Source: Neoechinorhynchus agilis (lineage: Eukaryota > Animalia > Acanthocephala). From it: 64,000 nt of DNA. A model generated the notes under the pieces. The model saw only the letters and a list, made by a program, of their open reading frames with translations. It made no database searches and was not told where the DNA came from. The stretch is taken from positions 9,067,480 to 9,131,479 of the forward strand of contig CM121342.1 of assembly GCA_051530055.1 (NCBI GenBank), given 5' to 3'. Position numbers and translations under genes: made by a program. Below are positions 1 to 13,162 of this stretch, piece by piece. Each line of letters opens with the position of its first letter. Positions within the stretch are counted from its first letter, which is position 1.

Positions 1-408
1 AATCTCAAACTCTCTTATTATTTAAAATATTTCTATCGTCTACTAATAATTATCTATTTCCTACTTAAATCTGCCCTTCCGACACGTCTTTAACTCCCAG
101 ATTTCGGTGTTCAATGTATTCCTAAGTTCATTTATCGGTATTTCGATGAACTTCATTGCTCGTGAACATTCCGAAAAAAACCCGATATTTCAATCTCAAA
201 CTCTCTTATTATTTAAAATATTTCTATCGTCTACTAATAATTATCTATTTCCTACTTAAATCTGCCCTTCCGACACGTCTTTAACTCCCAGATTTCGGTG
301 TTCAATGTATTCCTAAGTTCATTTATCGGTATTTCGATGAACTTCATTGCTCGTGAACATTCCGAAAAAAACCCGATATTTCAATCTCAAACTCTCTTAT
401 TATTTAAA
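1..408. repeat. 191-bp tandem repeat, about 2.1 copies visible, runs off the window start
   Basis: aatctcaaactctcttatt recurs at 1, 192 and 383 with near-identical intervening sequence. Confidence 0.95.
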
Positions 409-542
409 TGTTTGATCCATCGATTTAATTGGCTTAAAATGAAAATGGATTGCAAGAATAAGAAATTTGCATAAAAACGATCGCCAATCAACGTTTTCAA
501 TCAATTATTTGTTGCGGCATAAAGATTCCATGTAGCCCCCCA

Positions 543-662
543 GATGACGTCATCCGTGCACTTTTCTTAATCTCGTCTAATTATCAAATGCGCGCGCGCT
601 CACCTTATTGACGTGTTCATCTGGTGCGTGCGCGTATCACCGATGGACCGCGCGCGCGCTCG
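543..662. promoter_or_regulatory. CpG-rich promoter-like patch with CRE palindrome
   Basis: Perfect palindrome gatgacgtcatc (543-554, TGACGTCA core) and two (GC)n runs in AT-rich DNA, 160-280 bp upstream of the ATG at 824. Confidence 0.45.
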
Positions 663-823
663 TGCGTACGACCTTCACATCTTCGTTTTTCTCCCTCAAA
701 AGCGCTCCTTCAGGTGCCTGTCTGTTGATCTCTCATTGATAAGAGGAACATGAACGTGTGTTTATGGAGGATTGATTGTTCTTTTCTTCTTTTGTGCATC
801 CGTATCATTCGCGTATTTGTTAG

Positions 824-2740
824 ATGGGTACTTGTGGAAGCCGACATCGTAAACGCTCGGCCGACTTAGCCGCCGAGAGCGTTGATGTCTCACTCATCTC
901 ACCGGTTAAAGAGGAACCTCGAGATTATTACGACGAGGCTGCTGTATTCTCGTCAAATACCAATGAAAGCAATGCTCTCGATTCAAGTCAACCGAATACA
1001 CCGGTCGTCATGTCCGATACAAAACTCGTCCGAACAACAACAGCAACCTCATCGCTCGATATGGTCACTATTCCCGATCCGGTGGAACCTGTGCCCGGTT
1101 CCGTCCCTGCACATTACCAAGGAATCTCACTCAGTGATGCTCTCAGAGCTGCTCGAGTTGCCTTCTATTCTGGTCTCCATATTCGACTTATGCCCACCGC
1201 TCAACAATTCGGAAAATATGACGTCCATGTTTCTCATGGAGGAGTACTCTTTCCACTTGCATTTCTCCTTGGGAACGCCTTTACTTTTCCTAAAATTCGA
1301 AAATTCCGATTTTTACTGTGAATTTCTTTAAAATTTGACTATATTATTTACAATTTTTTTGAGATCAACATTTTTTCTGAAAACATTATCTCAAAAATTG
1401 TTTGCTGCTTTTTTTATTAGATACTTTTTTAGAAATCACTTTGATTTTTGTTATCGTAAATACCGATTTTTACTGCGAATTTCTTTACAATTTGACTCTT
1501 TTATTCAAATTTTTTTGAGATCAACTTTGGTGTTTTTTGCTGAAAAATATTATCTCGAAAATCGACGCTTTTCTTTTTTAGCAAGTTTACTCGATTTATT
1601 TTACATTTCATTTGATATTTAATTTAGAAGACAAAAAATGTTAAATCGCGTAACAAATATTATTTACAATTCCAGCGTTTTGATGTATTGCTTAAGCTCT
1701 GGTATTCTTAAATCCTTTATCACTTAATTCTAAAGATTTATTTGTCGTAGAAACCTACAAAGAAATTGGTTATTTTATTGAAGGTATTGCGCACTCTACC
1801 AATTGACCAAAACATTTTATTCACTTGTTATACAACAAACAATGAACATAAGTTTTGAGTTTATTTTGAAGTTGTTGTTTTTACAACTCTGAATCTTCTA
1901 ATTTGGTTAGGACAGATTTTCGTTGATTCCGGTTTTTTTTCCTTCAAGATAAAGCACGATAACTTTCGAGTGCAAGTAGATGGCACAGAAAAGGTTGAAG
2001 AGAGAATGTTCCGGTCCTTATCGACTGGTAATCACGGTATTTATTGTAAAAAGGAGTACGATGGTGAAGTTCAGAATGAACACAATTCTCCTTCTTTATT
2101 TGGAAAATCGGCAACGTTTGCAAGAACGATATCCGCAACGCCAGTAGTCCCGGAACGTAGCCGCACAATGCGCGCATCTAGCATGCCAACCGAAGCGATT
2201 CAAAACGAGATTAAAATCAACGGTGGAAAACGAAGATTCAGCGTTTTTCGGTCTTTTACTTTACGAATGAGACGCAAAAGGCAGTCTTCATCGATCGCGA
2301 AAAGCACCATAGATTATAATGGTTGCTTAAAAAGCACTACTGACACACAAACTGATCTGATGGATGGATTAGACGCAACGTTGAAAAATGAAAATGACTC
2401 CGATCACAATGAAACTGACCATAAGTATCGAAACCTATCGCGCCTAGTTGATATCATTCGAGAAAATAATAATTTACGCTTCGATGAAACTGACACGTTT
2501 AACGACGCGGATCCCTCAGTTCCGGATTACCCCAACGATGAATTACAATCGTGGAGATTCACTGAAGCGATGTCGAGAATATGTGATCAAATCAATAGCC
2601 TTCCTGCTTTTACTTCTACTGAAAGTGGTATAGCTGATGATATCAAAGGACTGAATGGACACCTAGATTTCTCCAACGATTCCAGTGTTGAACGTCAGGA
2701 AACGGGAGAGAATTTGAGTCAGAGTCTTAACCACTGGTGA
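824..2740 (+). CDS. Unknown protein with N-myristoylation/palmitoylation-like start; probable exons 824-1243 and 1949-2740
   Basis: MGTCGS N-terminus; in-frame GT (1244) and pyrimidine-tract AG (1948) join GKYDVHVSHGG to IKHDNFRVQV, loosely resembling the end of a filamin-type Ig repeat; may splice on to downstream exons. Confidence 0.55.
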
Positions 2741-3694
2741 TTGTGCGAAGTTATAATTTCACTAAGTCCGCCAGGCGATTTGATTGTCTCGATTGAGTGC
2801 GAGAAACACTCTACGGGCACCACTCATTGAGACGCTGGACCGTGTTCTTGTTATGTTCTACTTGCTCAATGACGTTCTTTTTTGCAAAATGGTTGAAGTG
2901 GGCTGACTTTCTTGTTTCTCATCTAAAAGCCAATTCAAATTTGATTCATAACAAAGAAGTAAAGGCGGTTATTACGTGAAATTTCGTAACCCTTTTTTAA
3001 AGTCCGGACCCAATGAAAAAAGAAGAGAACTAATTGAAATCTATTTTAGAAAAATTCGCATTTAACATCTTCTATTGGTAACTGAGTATGTTCGCTGTTG
3101 TAGAAATGTTAACTTAATTTTTTAAACTGAGCCTCGCTTAACAGAATGTCGTTTTTCTGATTGTATGTAAAAATTTCATTTAAACCTACTGTTTTAAAAC
3201 AATTTTGTCTCTGTGACTACTTTCGGAAAACAAGTTAAAGAATTTCGACGAAATGAACCTGTTCTTCTCCCATCACCAAAGAACACATATTAAAGAAACT
3301 TGTCTTGAATTCCACAGATTCGATGGAGATCATTTAACCAAATGAGTTGGCCTTTAAGAATAAGACTAAGTAGACTTTCTTTTTCTGCTGCATAAAAAAC
3401 TTTAAAAATGGATTTTTTTTCATAAAAAAGTCATGTTAAAGTAAACCTTATTTGAAATTCGATATTTTGTTTGTTGATTGAGAAAATAGAGATTCATTCC
3501 CTTTGTTTCACAGTCGCTTCGGACTTCTTCAGGTTGTTTGTCATTGTTTACGACATCAGACCCGTTTTAAAGAACTCGTTTTTTCCTAACGATTTCAATT
3601 GTCCGTCCAATTTCCTCCCCCCCTAGCCTTAGGAATTCCTTTTCTGTTATTTCGCGTGTGTAGCGTAAAAGAAGTATTAAACAAGTAATAAAGA

Positions 3695-4534
3695 TTGAAT
3701 GGAGGCATTGGACAACAAAAATTCCTTAGTAAACAACAACACTTTCTCCTTTTTAGATTTCACACTGAACATATGAGCACTACAAAACGTAACGACTTTA
3801 TACCAGCCGTTAGTTATTACAAACGTATCAATAATCAGGAATTTCCAAAGACAGTAATCAAAGCTTATACAAGACTCAAAGAATCGCTTCAATCAACTAA
3901 GATCAAAAATGAACGAGATGCACACGAGTACATGGAATCAATGAATCCTTTGATCACGGCAGAAGAAGAGCGTTTAATTGTACATGAAATGCTGGAAAAC
4001 GCTGCACGCCATCTCGTCATAACTAAAAGCCGAGACGATGGATTAATCTACGCCCAAAAGAGTATCATACCTCCATTAATGGATCATTCATATATACCCA
4101 CTGTTCCCCGTTTCAAGCACCACTATTCTCAATTCCGAAATAATGATCCGGTATCAGCCAGCAGAGCGTTTCATGATCTAAATTGGAGGTGTAAGGATGT
4201 TCGCAGAGCGAATGAAGTCCTTAAAAAACAAGACCTAAATTTTTTTAACTCACGAATAATCCAAGACGAAGAACCAAAGGATTCAAACGCCTCTTTTGTA
4301 ATGAACACGGGAATTCAAACAGAATCAAACACCAAACCGAGACATATGTACTCTCATTCGAAACTTCTTTGTGTCCTTGACCAATGCGGCGATCAAGTCT
4401 CGGTCACCAAGAGAATTCGACATCTAGGAGATCGTTTCCCGAGACATGTTCTTAGACGAGCTGATCAATGTCGTGTTCTATGCTACAAACGATTCGCTGA
4501 ACAAAACGGGCAATGTCCGATTGTGAGCAAATAG
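3695..4534 (+). CDS. Unknown protein or exon (279-aa ORF), Cys/His-rich C-terminus
   Basis: Long open frame in AT-rich DNA; acceptor-like ctcctttttag near 3756 suggests an internal exon; no family recognised. Confidence 0.5.
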   Translation: MNGGIGQQKFLSKQQHFLLFRFHTEHMSTTKRNDFIPAVSYYKRINNQEFPKTVIKAYTRLKESLQSTKIKNERDAHEYMESMNPLITAEEERLIVHEMLENAARHLVITKSRDDGLIYAQKSIIPPLMDHSYIPTVPRFKHHYSQFRNNDPVSASRAFHDLNWRCKDVRRANEVLKKQDLNFFNSRIIQDEEPKDSNASFVMNTGIQTESNTKPRHMYSHSKLLCVLDQCGDQVSVTKRIRHLGDRFPRHVLRRADQCRVLCYKRFAEQNGQCPIVSK

Positions 4535-4685
4535 GCGATTTACTTTTTTTAAATGTCGAAAATAATGAACTGTTTTACGATATGTCGATTTCGTTTAAGA
4601 AATGCCGATTTTTATGTCTTTTACTGGAGCGCTAGAATGTGCCTAAAAATCATCACCCATTTTCTCTTTAGGTTATGGAAAGTTC

Positions 4686-4830
4686 TAATAATAACACGTT
4701 TTATTTGTTAATGTACAAAGAAACAGAGGACCCGTGTACCTTTGGGTCCCCATAAACACTCACGCGGTTGTTGATTTTAAAATAAGATTACGAGTCCCCG
4801 GTCGGACCGGAGCGAATTGGTCCTTATTGT
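4686..4830 (-). mobile_element. 3' tail of LINE/SINE family (copy 1 of 4)
   Basis: Minus strand has stem-loop ggaccc...gggtcc, AATAAA and a (TTA)n tail; homologous to 13382, 31799 and 47271. Confidence 0.65.
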
Positions 4831-4837
4831 TTACAGG

Positions 4838-7800
4838 AGAGCTTGTAAAGTTGGTCTTTCCTCTGGTTCATTTCAAGTTAGGATATTAGAGAAGATTGGG
4901 CCGCACGGAAAAAGGAGTGTAGGTATAGGGAAGTGCGAGGTTGAGGGAGGATGAAACGAATTAGGATTTCGAGTGTTGTGCTCGTGTGAGGAGCGCTTGT
5001 AAGGTTGGTCTTTCAGTTCGAGTCATGATATCCGAGAAGATTGAGCAGCATGGAAAAAGGGGCGTAGGTATAGGAAGGTGCGGGGTTGAGGGAGGATGAA
5101 ACGAATTAGGATTTCGAGTGTTGTGCTCGTGTGAGGAGCGCTTGTAAGGTTGGTCTTTCAGGTTCATTTGAGTTATGATATCCGAGAAGATTGAGCAGCA
5201 TGGAAAAGACGTAGGTATAGGAAGGTGCGAGGTTGAGGGAGGATAAACGAATTAGGATTCGAGTGTTGTGCTCGTGTGAGGAGCGCTTGTAAGGTTGGTC
5301 TTTCAGTTCGAGTCATGAATCCGAGAAGATTGAGCAGCATGGAAAAGGACGTAGGTATAGGAAGGTGCGGGTTGAGGGAGGATAAACGAATTAGGATTTC
5401 GAGTGTTGTGCTCGTGTGAGGAGCGCTTGTAAGGTTGGTCTTTCAGTTCGAGTCATGATATCCGAGAAGATTGAGCAGCATGGAAAAAGGAGCGTAGGTA
5501 TAGGAAGGTGCGAGGTTGAGGGAGGATGAAACGAATTAGGATTTCGAGTGTTGTGCTCGTGTGAGGAGCGCTTGTAAGGTTGGTCTTTCAGTTCGAGTCA
5601 TGATATCCGAGAAGATTGAGCAGCATGGAAAAAGGGGCGTAGGTATAGGAAGGTGCGGGGTTGAGGGAGGATGAAACGAATTAGGATTACGAGTGTTGTG
5701 CTCGTGTGAGGAACGCACATGAGGTTTATCTTTCAGTTTCATTTCGAGTCATGACATCCGAGAAGATTGAGCAGCATGGAAAAGGAACGTAGGTATAGGA
5801 AGGTGCGAGGTTGAGGGAGGATAAAACGAATTAGGATTTCGAGTGTTGTGCTCGTGTGAGGAGCGCTTGTAAGGTTGGTCTTTCAGTTCGAGTCATGATA
5901 TCCGAGAAGATTGAGCAGCATGGAAAAAGGGGCGTAGGTATAGGAAGGTGCGAGGTTGAGGGAGGATGAAACGAATTAGGATTTCGAGTGTTGTGCTCGT
6001 GTGAGGAACGCTTGTAAGGTTGGTCTTTCAGTTCGAGTCATGATATCCGAGAAGATTGAGCAGCATGGAAAAAGGGGCGTAGGTATAGGAAGGTGCGGGG
6101 TTGAGGGAGGATGAAACGAATTAGGATTCAGTGTTGTGCTCGTGTGAGGAACGCACATGAGGTTTATCTTTCAGTTTCATTTCGAGTCATGACATCCGAG
6201 AAGATTGAGCAGCATGGAAAAGACGTAGGTATAGGAAGGTGCGAGGTTGAGGGAGGATAAAACGAATTAGGATTTCGAGTGTTGTGCTCGTGTGAGGAGC
6301 GCTTGTAAGGTTGGTCTTTCAGTTCGAGTCATGATATCCGAGAAGATTGAGCAGCATGGAAAAGGGGCGTAGGTATAGGAAGGTGCGGGGTTGAGGGAGG
6401 ATGAAACGAATTAGGATTTCGAGTGTTGTGCTCGTGTGAGGAACGCACATGAGGTTTATCTTTCAGTTTCATTTCGAGTCATGACATCCGAGAAGATTGA
6501 GCAGCATGGAAAAGGAACGTAGGTATAGGAAGGTGCGAGGTTGAGGGAGGATAAAACGAATTAGGATTTCGAGTGTTGTGCTCGTGTGAGGAGCGCTTGT
6601 AAGGTTGGTCTTTCAGTTCGAGTCATGATATCCGAGAAGATTGAGCAGCATGGAAAAAGGGGCGTAGGTATAGGAAGGTGTGGGGTTGAAGGAGGATGAA
6701 ACGAATTAGGATTTCGAGTGTTGTGCTCGTGTGAGGAGCGCTTGTAAGGTTTGTCTTTCAGGTTCATTTGAAGTTATGATATCCGAGAAGATTGAGCAGC
6801 ATCAAAAATTAGCGTAGGTATAGGAAGATGCGAGGTTGAGGGAGGATGATACGAATTATGATTACGAGTGTTGTGCTCGTGTGAGGAACGTTTGTAAGGT
6901 TGGTCTTTCATTTCCAGTCATGACATCCGAGAAGACTGAGCAGCATGGAAAAGGAGCGTAGGTATAGGAAGGTGAGAGGTTGAGGGAGGATGATACAAAT
7001 TATGATTACGAGTGTTGTGCTCGTGTGAGGAACGCTTGTAAGGTTAATCTTTTCCATTTCATTTCCAGTCATGGTATCCGAGAAGACTGGGCAGCATGGA
7101 AAAGGAACGTAGGTATAGGAAGGTGCGAGGTTGAGGGAGGATGAAACGAATTAGTATTTCGAGTGTTGTGCTCGTGTGAGGAGCGCTTGTAAGGTTGGTC
7201 TTTCAGTTCGAGTCATGATATCCGAGAAGATTGAGCAGCATGGAAAAGGGGCGTAGGTATAGGAAGGTGCGGGGTTGAGGGAGGATGAAACGAATTAGGA
7301 TTACGAGTGTTGTGCTCGTGTGAGGAACGCACATGAGGTTTATCTTTCAGTTTCATTTCGAGTCATGACATCCGAGAAGATTGAGCAGCATGGAAAAGGA
7401 ACGTAGGTATAGGAAGGTGCGAGGTTGAGGGAGGATGAAACGAATTAGGATTTCGAGTGTTGTGCTCGTGTGAGGAGCGCTTGTAAGGTTGGTCTTTCAG
7501 TTCGAGTCATGATATCCGAGAAGATTGAGCAGCATGGAAAAAGGGGCGTAGGTATAGGAAGGTGCAGGGTTGAGGGAGGATGAAACGAATTAGGATTTCG
7601 AGTGTTGTGCTCGTGTGAGGAACGCACATGAGGTTTATCTTTCAGTTTCATTTCGAGTCATGACATCCGAGAAGATTGAGCAGCATGGAAAAGGAACGTA
7701 GGTATAGGAAGGTGCGAGGTTGAGGGAGGATGAAACGAATTAGGATTTCGAGTGTTGTGCTCGTGTGAGGAGCGCTTGTAAGGTTGGTCTTTCAGTTCGA

Positions 7801-8450
7801 GTCATGATATCCGAGAAGATTGAGCAGCATGGAAAACGGGGCGTAGGTATAGGAAGGTGTGGGGTTGAAGGAGGATGAAACGAATTAGGATTTCGAGTGT
7901 TGTGCTCGTGTGAGGAGCGCTTGTAAGGTTGGTCTTTCCTCAGGTTCATTTGAAGTTATGATATCCGAGAAGATTGAGCAGCATACAAAAATTAGCGTAG
8001 GTATAGGAAGATGCGAGGTTGAGGGAGGATGATACGAATTATGATTACGAGTGTTGTGCTCGTGTGAGGAACGCTTGTAAGGTTGGTCTTTCATTTCGAG
8101 TCATGACATCCGAGAAGATTGAGCAGCATGGAAAAAGGGGCGTAGGCATAGGAAGGCGCGGGGTTGAGGGAGGATGAAACGAATTAGGATTACGAGTGTT
8201 GTGCTCGTGTGACGAGCGCTTGTAAGGTTGGTATTTCCTCAGGTTCATTTGAAGTTATGATATCCGAGAAGATTGAGCAGCATGGAAAAAAGAGTGTAGT
8301 TATAAGAAGATGCGAGGTTGATGGTGGTTGAACCGAATTAGGATTATGAGTGTTGTGCTCGTGTGACGAGCGCTCGTAAGGTTGGTCTTTCCTCAGGTTT
8401 ATTTGAAGTTATGATATCCGAGAAGATTGAGCAGCATGGAAAAAGGAGCG
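4838..8450 (+). repeat. Satellite array, ~145-155 bp monomer, about 24 units, homogeneous
   Basis: Repeating gagtcatgatatccgagaagattgagcagcatggaaaa...gttggtctttcagttc; alternating 145/150-bp variants. Confidence 0.97.
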
Positions 8451-9897
8451 TTTGTACGGTTGATAATCGTTTTGCTTGTTTTGTGGGTGCTATTTGCATT
8501 ATAAAAAACCTCACTTTAAACTCAAGCGCCAGAACGAAGTGCAAAAGCCGCATTAAAACAGTTAAAGTGCTTCGTTTGAATACAGGAAACGCTGTTTCAA
8601 ATACGGGATTCTATGGACTCATTCAATGCGAGAACCATAGGGAAACTCCTCGTTTAGTAGTGAGTTTCTATCGTACAAAACGTCTCATTGAACTTGGAGA
8701 AGCGAGTTGGACCATTCGAGTTTGAATTCTACACTCAAAGAGCCGATAAGAATTTTTAAATCTCCAAGATGGACAGGCCTAGAAAGCCGCCGTCTTGATC
8801 GAGATACTAAAATGAAGCCTCGGAAAAGATGGAGAGACTTCATAGCCAGACAGATGAATTGACGAATTAATAGAAAATATACGAAATGCAGCCCGTGGGT
8901 TAGATAAGCAGACTCGTTGATTTTTTATAACTATAGCGTTACACTTCATACAATTAGACTTTCTCTTATTGTATATCCTTAAGTCGTCTTTTTTAAAGAA
9001 TTCCGTAACGATTGATCTCGACGAAGATTGGCAAGCGATCTCAACTTGTCTTCCTCTACTCCTTTTTAAAACTGTCCACTCCTACATCGTCAATTTCCCG
9101 TTTTTCAAATCAAATCCGGTTTACTTTAACCTTCAAGTTGGTTTTAGAAGAATGTAAAATTGAACGAAAATGCAACATCACTAAAGGTTAACGTTCAAAA
9201 AACGCAAATTTAAAAACAAAGTTAGTTCGTGTATTCGCGAAAGAAACAACAGTCAACGATGAGATCCTAGACGATTTTACAATCACCAATATTTGTATTG
9301 GTCAATTTTTTTGGCGACTGAGGGATTTTTGTGGTAATTCTTTTATTGGGCGCTATTTTTTCCGATGTTAAATATGGTTGAATAAATTAATGAAATTGTG
9401 TTAGAATGCCCATTTATATAAGAGATTACATTTTTAAGAGTCGGGTATTCTGCAGGTTATCTTGACCAGAAAATCCTTCAGAATCATTAAGTTGGAGATG
9501 TTGTAACAATAATGCACCATCTCGAATAAAAAATATAGAATTGAGATATTTTGCGAATCTCCGAAAAATAAAATATTTCACCATTTTCGGCACAACTCAA
9601 CTTGACGAATATTTTGAGTGCCTTTATATTCTCTATATTTTTTTATTATGCCGATGGATGGAACTTTTAGTGTTGATGATTATCAAAATCGAGTCCAAGC
9701 TGGAGGGTTTTTTCAGTTAATATTTTGGTGAACATAATCCCAGGAATGACATAATTTGCTTTCTTTTTCTTTTTTTAACAAAACTTTTTTTAGGCAAGCA
9801 TACATAATTTATAGTTTCTGGCCAAAATGCTAGCCGCATTGCCCCGCTGCACAACAATGCTTATTTTTTGCGCCAAGAACGACGTGGATCTTGGCTC

Positions 9898-10900
9898 TAC
9901 TCCGGGGATTTAAATTCACTGATTTATCTCCCCGATATTTCACTTCTCGGATAATTCCGACGTTTTCCCAAGATTTTATCATTTTTTTCGGTGAAAATAA
10001 AATCTTTTCTTTTTCTCCTAAGACTAATTTGCTCGTTTAAGATAATTCCGACATTTTCCCAAGATTGTATCATTGTTTTCGGTGGAAAATTAAATCTTTT
10101 CTTTTTCTCCTAAGACTAATTTGCTCGTTTAAACATAAACCAAAGTTCCTACCTGGACAAACCTTGGGAAAACCTTCTTTTTCTTAGTTTTACCACTCCG
10201 TGGATTTAAATTCACTGATTTATTTCCCCGATATTTCACTTGTTTCATAATTCCGACATTTTCCCAAGATTGTATCATTGTTTTCGGTGGAAAATAAAAT
10301 CTTTTCTTTTTCTCCTAAGACTAATTTGCTCGTTTAAGCATAAACCAAAGTTCCAACCTGGACAAACCTTCAAAAAACCTTCTTTTTCTTAGTTTTGACA
10401 CTCCGGGGATTTAAATTTACTTAGTTATTCCCCGATATTTCACTTGTTTCATAATTCCGACATTTTCCCAAGATTGTATCATTGTTTTCGGTGGAAAATT
10501 AAATCTTTTCTTTTTCTCCTAAGACTAATTTGCTCGTTTAAACATAAACCAAAGTTCCTACCTGGACAAACCTTGGGAAAACCTTCTTTTTCTTAGTTTT
10601 ACCACTCCGTGGATTTAAATTCACTGATTTATTTCCCCGATATTTCACTTGCCGGGTAAATGAGACATTTTCCCAAGATTTTATCATTGTTTTCGGTGAA
10701 AAATAAAAGCTTTTCTTTTTCTCCTAAAAGGAATTTGCTTGTTTAAGCATAAACCAAAGTTCCTACCTAAAGTTTAAGCATAAACCAAAGCTCCTACCTG
10801 AAAAAACCTTGGGAAAACGTCGGAATTATTCGACAAGTGAAATATAGATTAGTGAATTTTAATCCGGGCGGGGTGGCAAAACTAAGAAAAAGAAACTATA
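9898..10900. mobile_element. Foldback element with internal ~205-bp tandem units and inverted terminal unit
   Basis: About 4 direct units followed at ~10810-10900 by the reverse complement of part of the unit; inverted sister copy at 49241-50345. Confidence 0.85.
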
Positions 10901-11140
10901 TTACAACGATTTTGATCCTCGTGGTGCTCGGTCTGCGTCAAAATCTGTCTGAGTGATGGCCCTATCCTGTGGACGACTCGCGCTTATCCCGAAGGATTTT
11001 CTATCGATCATTTTTTACTTGAATAAGAAGTTAGTTTAGTAGGATAATTGAAATGCCTTTCTTTAATATCATTAAATTGATGATACAAGTACAAAAATGT
11101 TCTCCTGCAATTCAGTGCTTACATTAGCTTCAAGATTTTA

Positions 11141-13162
11141 ATGATTGAATACGTTGACGATATTACTCCTGGTGAGCCATCAATCCAAAACATTCTTGAC
11201 AAACGTGAACTCCGCTGGATATTTGTTGGTGGGAAAGGCGGAGTTGGAAAAACGACCTGCAGGTAGGAGTCATATTTTATTTCTTTTATGCTATTTTCTT
11301 TTAAAGCTGTGCAATTGCCACACTACTGTCCAAACAACGACAATCAGTGCTTATACTTTCAACAGATCCGGCTCATAATGTATCCGATGCTTTTGGACAG
11401 AAATTCGCGAAGACACCATCGTTGGTAAAGGGATTTCATAACTTGTACGCTATGGAAGTTGATCCAAGTGGTGGTTTGGAAGAAGTTCCCGATGATTTGT
11501 TCTTTTCTCAAAGATCCGATAATCTGTGGTCGATGGGAAAATCTCTTGTTCAAGATCTTTTCACTTCTTTTCCGGGAATAGATGAAGCCGTTAGCTTTGC
11601 AGAAGTTATGAAACTCGTAAATTCGATGAACTTTGAGGTGGTTGTGTTTGACACAGCACCAACCGGTCATACGCTGAGATTGCTCGCTTTTCCCGCTGTA
11701 ATGGAAAGCGGGATTGAACGGATTATTAAAATCCGAGACCAAGCAATGCCGCTGATTTCACAGGTTAGCAGCTCTTATGTTCATTTAGATTAATTTGCTT
11801 AGATATGTACTTTATTCAATACGAGACCGGATACTAATGCACTTTTACTCGGTTGTTCTCGATTGTAGAAAGTATCACTAATACTCCCCAAGCTCAAATA
11901 TTCACAACATTTCCACTTTTGAACTGATCTAGAAGAGTTTTTCCCATGGCAAACTGCCGGTACTTAAATTTCGAATGTTCTCATTTTTTAGAAATATTGC
12001 ACGAATGTTTTGTTTATCATCAACGCGTTTTTAATGTGAATTCATGACTGGTTTTGAACTTAGGTGACTTTCTATTTACAACACGAAAAATATTATATTT
12101 TTAACGTGAATTTCCTGTAAAAGAACAATTTAAATAGTTTTACTGAAATCTTTTTGACTCATTTTTTTATCGGAATACATCCTATTGCTGTCCATAAAGT
12201 CGAGAAGATTTGGTTTTTATTGTTGTAAATCCAAGGAAATCGAAGCCATAAACAAAAGAACTATGGGGTTCGAAATTATCTTCAAAAAAACGCTGCTCAA
12301 TACCAAAGTATCTTCATTGCAAAATATAATGTCACTTTATAAGGCGTTGGCAGGTTACTTACTTCCACTTTAAAGCAAACGACGAAGTTCAAAAAGGTTA
12401 TGTAGGTATTCTAAAATAGGACTAGACACCCAAAGCCCCAATATCATCCATTTCTATGCTGTCTAAAGGATTTAAATTCGTCAGCAAGCTCTTTAAACAT
12501 TTCTTTATGACTCTTGCACTTTCAAGTTTAAGAGAAAGGTAAACGTAACATTGGAGTTCTAAAGTGAAAAATTTCCTAAAATACAGCAAATTATTTTATA
12601 TCTTAAAAAATAAGTTTTACTGAAACTTCTATTAAAAACTTGCGATTGCTAGTTTTTTAAGCACCTAAAAGTCATTTTGTATTTCACTCGCATTCTTCGC
12701 AAAAACAATTTTAAAAATCGAGAATCTACCTGAATATCTAAAAAACTAGATGAAACTCTGGACACGATTCGGAAAGTCAACACTCAAATGATGGACAGTG
12801 TAAGATATGTTTTTCTATTTAGACGGACCTTATAATGGGTTTAGAAACTGACTACTTTTATTTGTGTCTGCATTCCGGAGTTTCTATCTGTTTTTGAAAC
12901 CGAGCGACTTGTTCAAGAACTTAGCAGACTTCGGATAGACGTTCATAATATAATTGTGAACATGATACTGCCTCAGATCGAGTCCATCAGTGAGTGCAGT
13001 GTATGCGAGGCCAAGAAGAAGGTTCAGCGGTCGTATTTGAGTCGAATCGATCAACTATATGAAGGGTTCAACATTACTCGTCTTAGTGTGCAACCGCAAG
13101 AAGTCCGGGGATCAAAGAATATCATGGAATTCAGTGCTAATTTTGAAACTTCTAAACAATAA
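11141..13162 (+). CDS. ASNA1: GET3/ASNA1 tail-anchored protein targeting ATPase; exons 11141-11262, 11307-11763, 11803-11847, 12737-12799, 12845-13162
   Basis: [17 protein letters not shown]-loop, [37 protein letters not shown], CxxC; three canonical introns plus one TA-bounded insert. Confidence 0.95.
11846..12736 (+). other. TA-bounded inverted-repeat intervening sequence in ASNA1 (889 nt removed)
   Basis: TA-ctcggttgttctcgatt...aatcgagaatctacctgaa-TA; removal gives [11 protein letters not shown], matching LASKLEETL of human ASNA1. Confidence 0.75.

Noticed and set aside
1244-1951. First gene intron as a TA-TA insert
   Set aside because: Canonical GT-AG fits and the inverted repeat is only 4 bp.
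3505-3535. Minus-strand CUGAAGA...GAAA hammerhead candidate
   Set aside because: Three extra nucleotides between stem II and GAAA, and no stem I/III.
5200-5400. Short variant satellite units as biological subtypes
   Set aside because: Scattered single-base deletions resemble long-read consensus error; isolated 1-nt frameshifts elsewhere should be treated with the same caution.
4838-8450. CRISPR-like reading of the tandem arrays
   Set aside because: Whole units repeat with no unique spacers; eukaryotic context; no cas genes.
4961-8553. Repeated minus-strand ORFs (HEHNTRNPNSFHPPSTPHLP...)
   Set aside because: Translations of the satellite monomer, broken by stops and indels at every unit.
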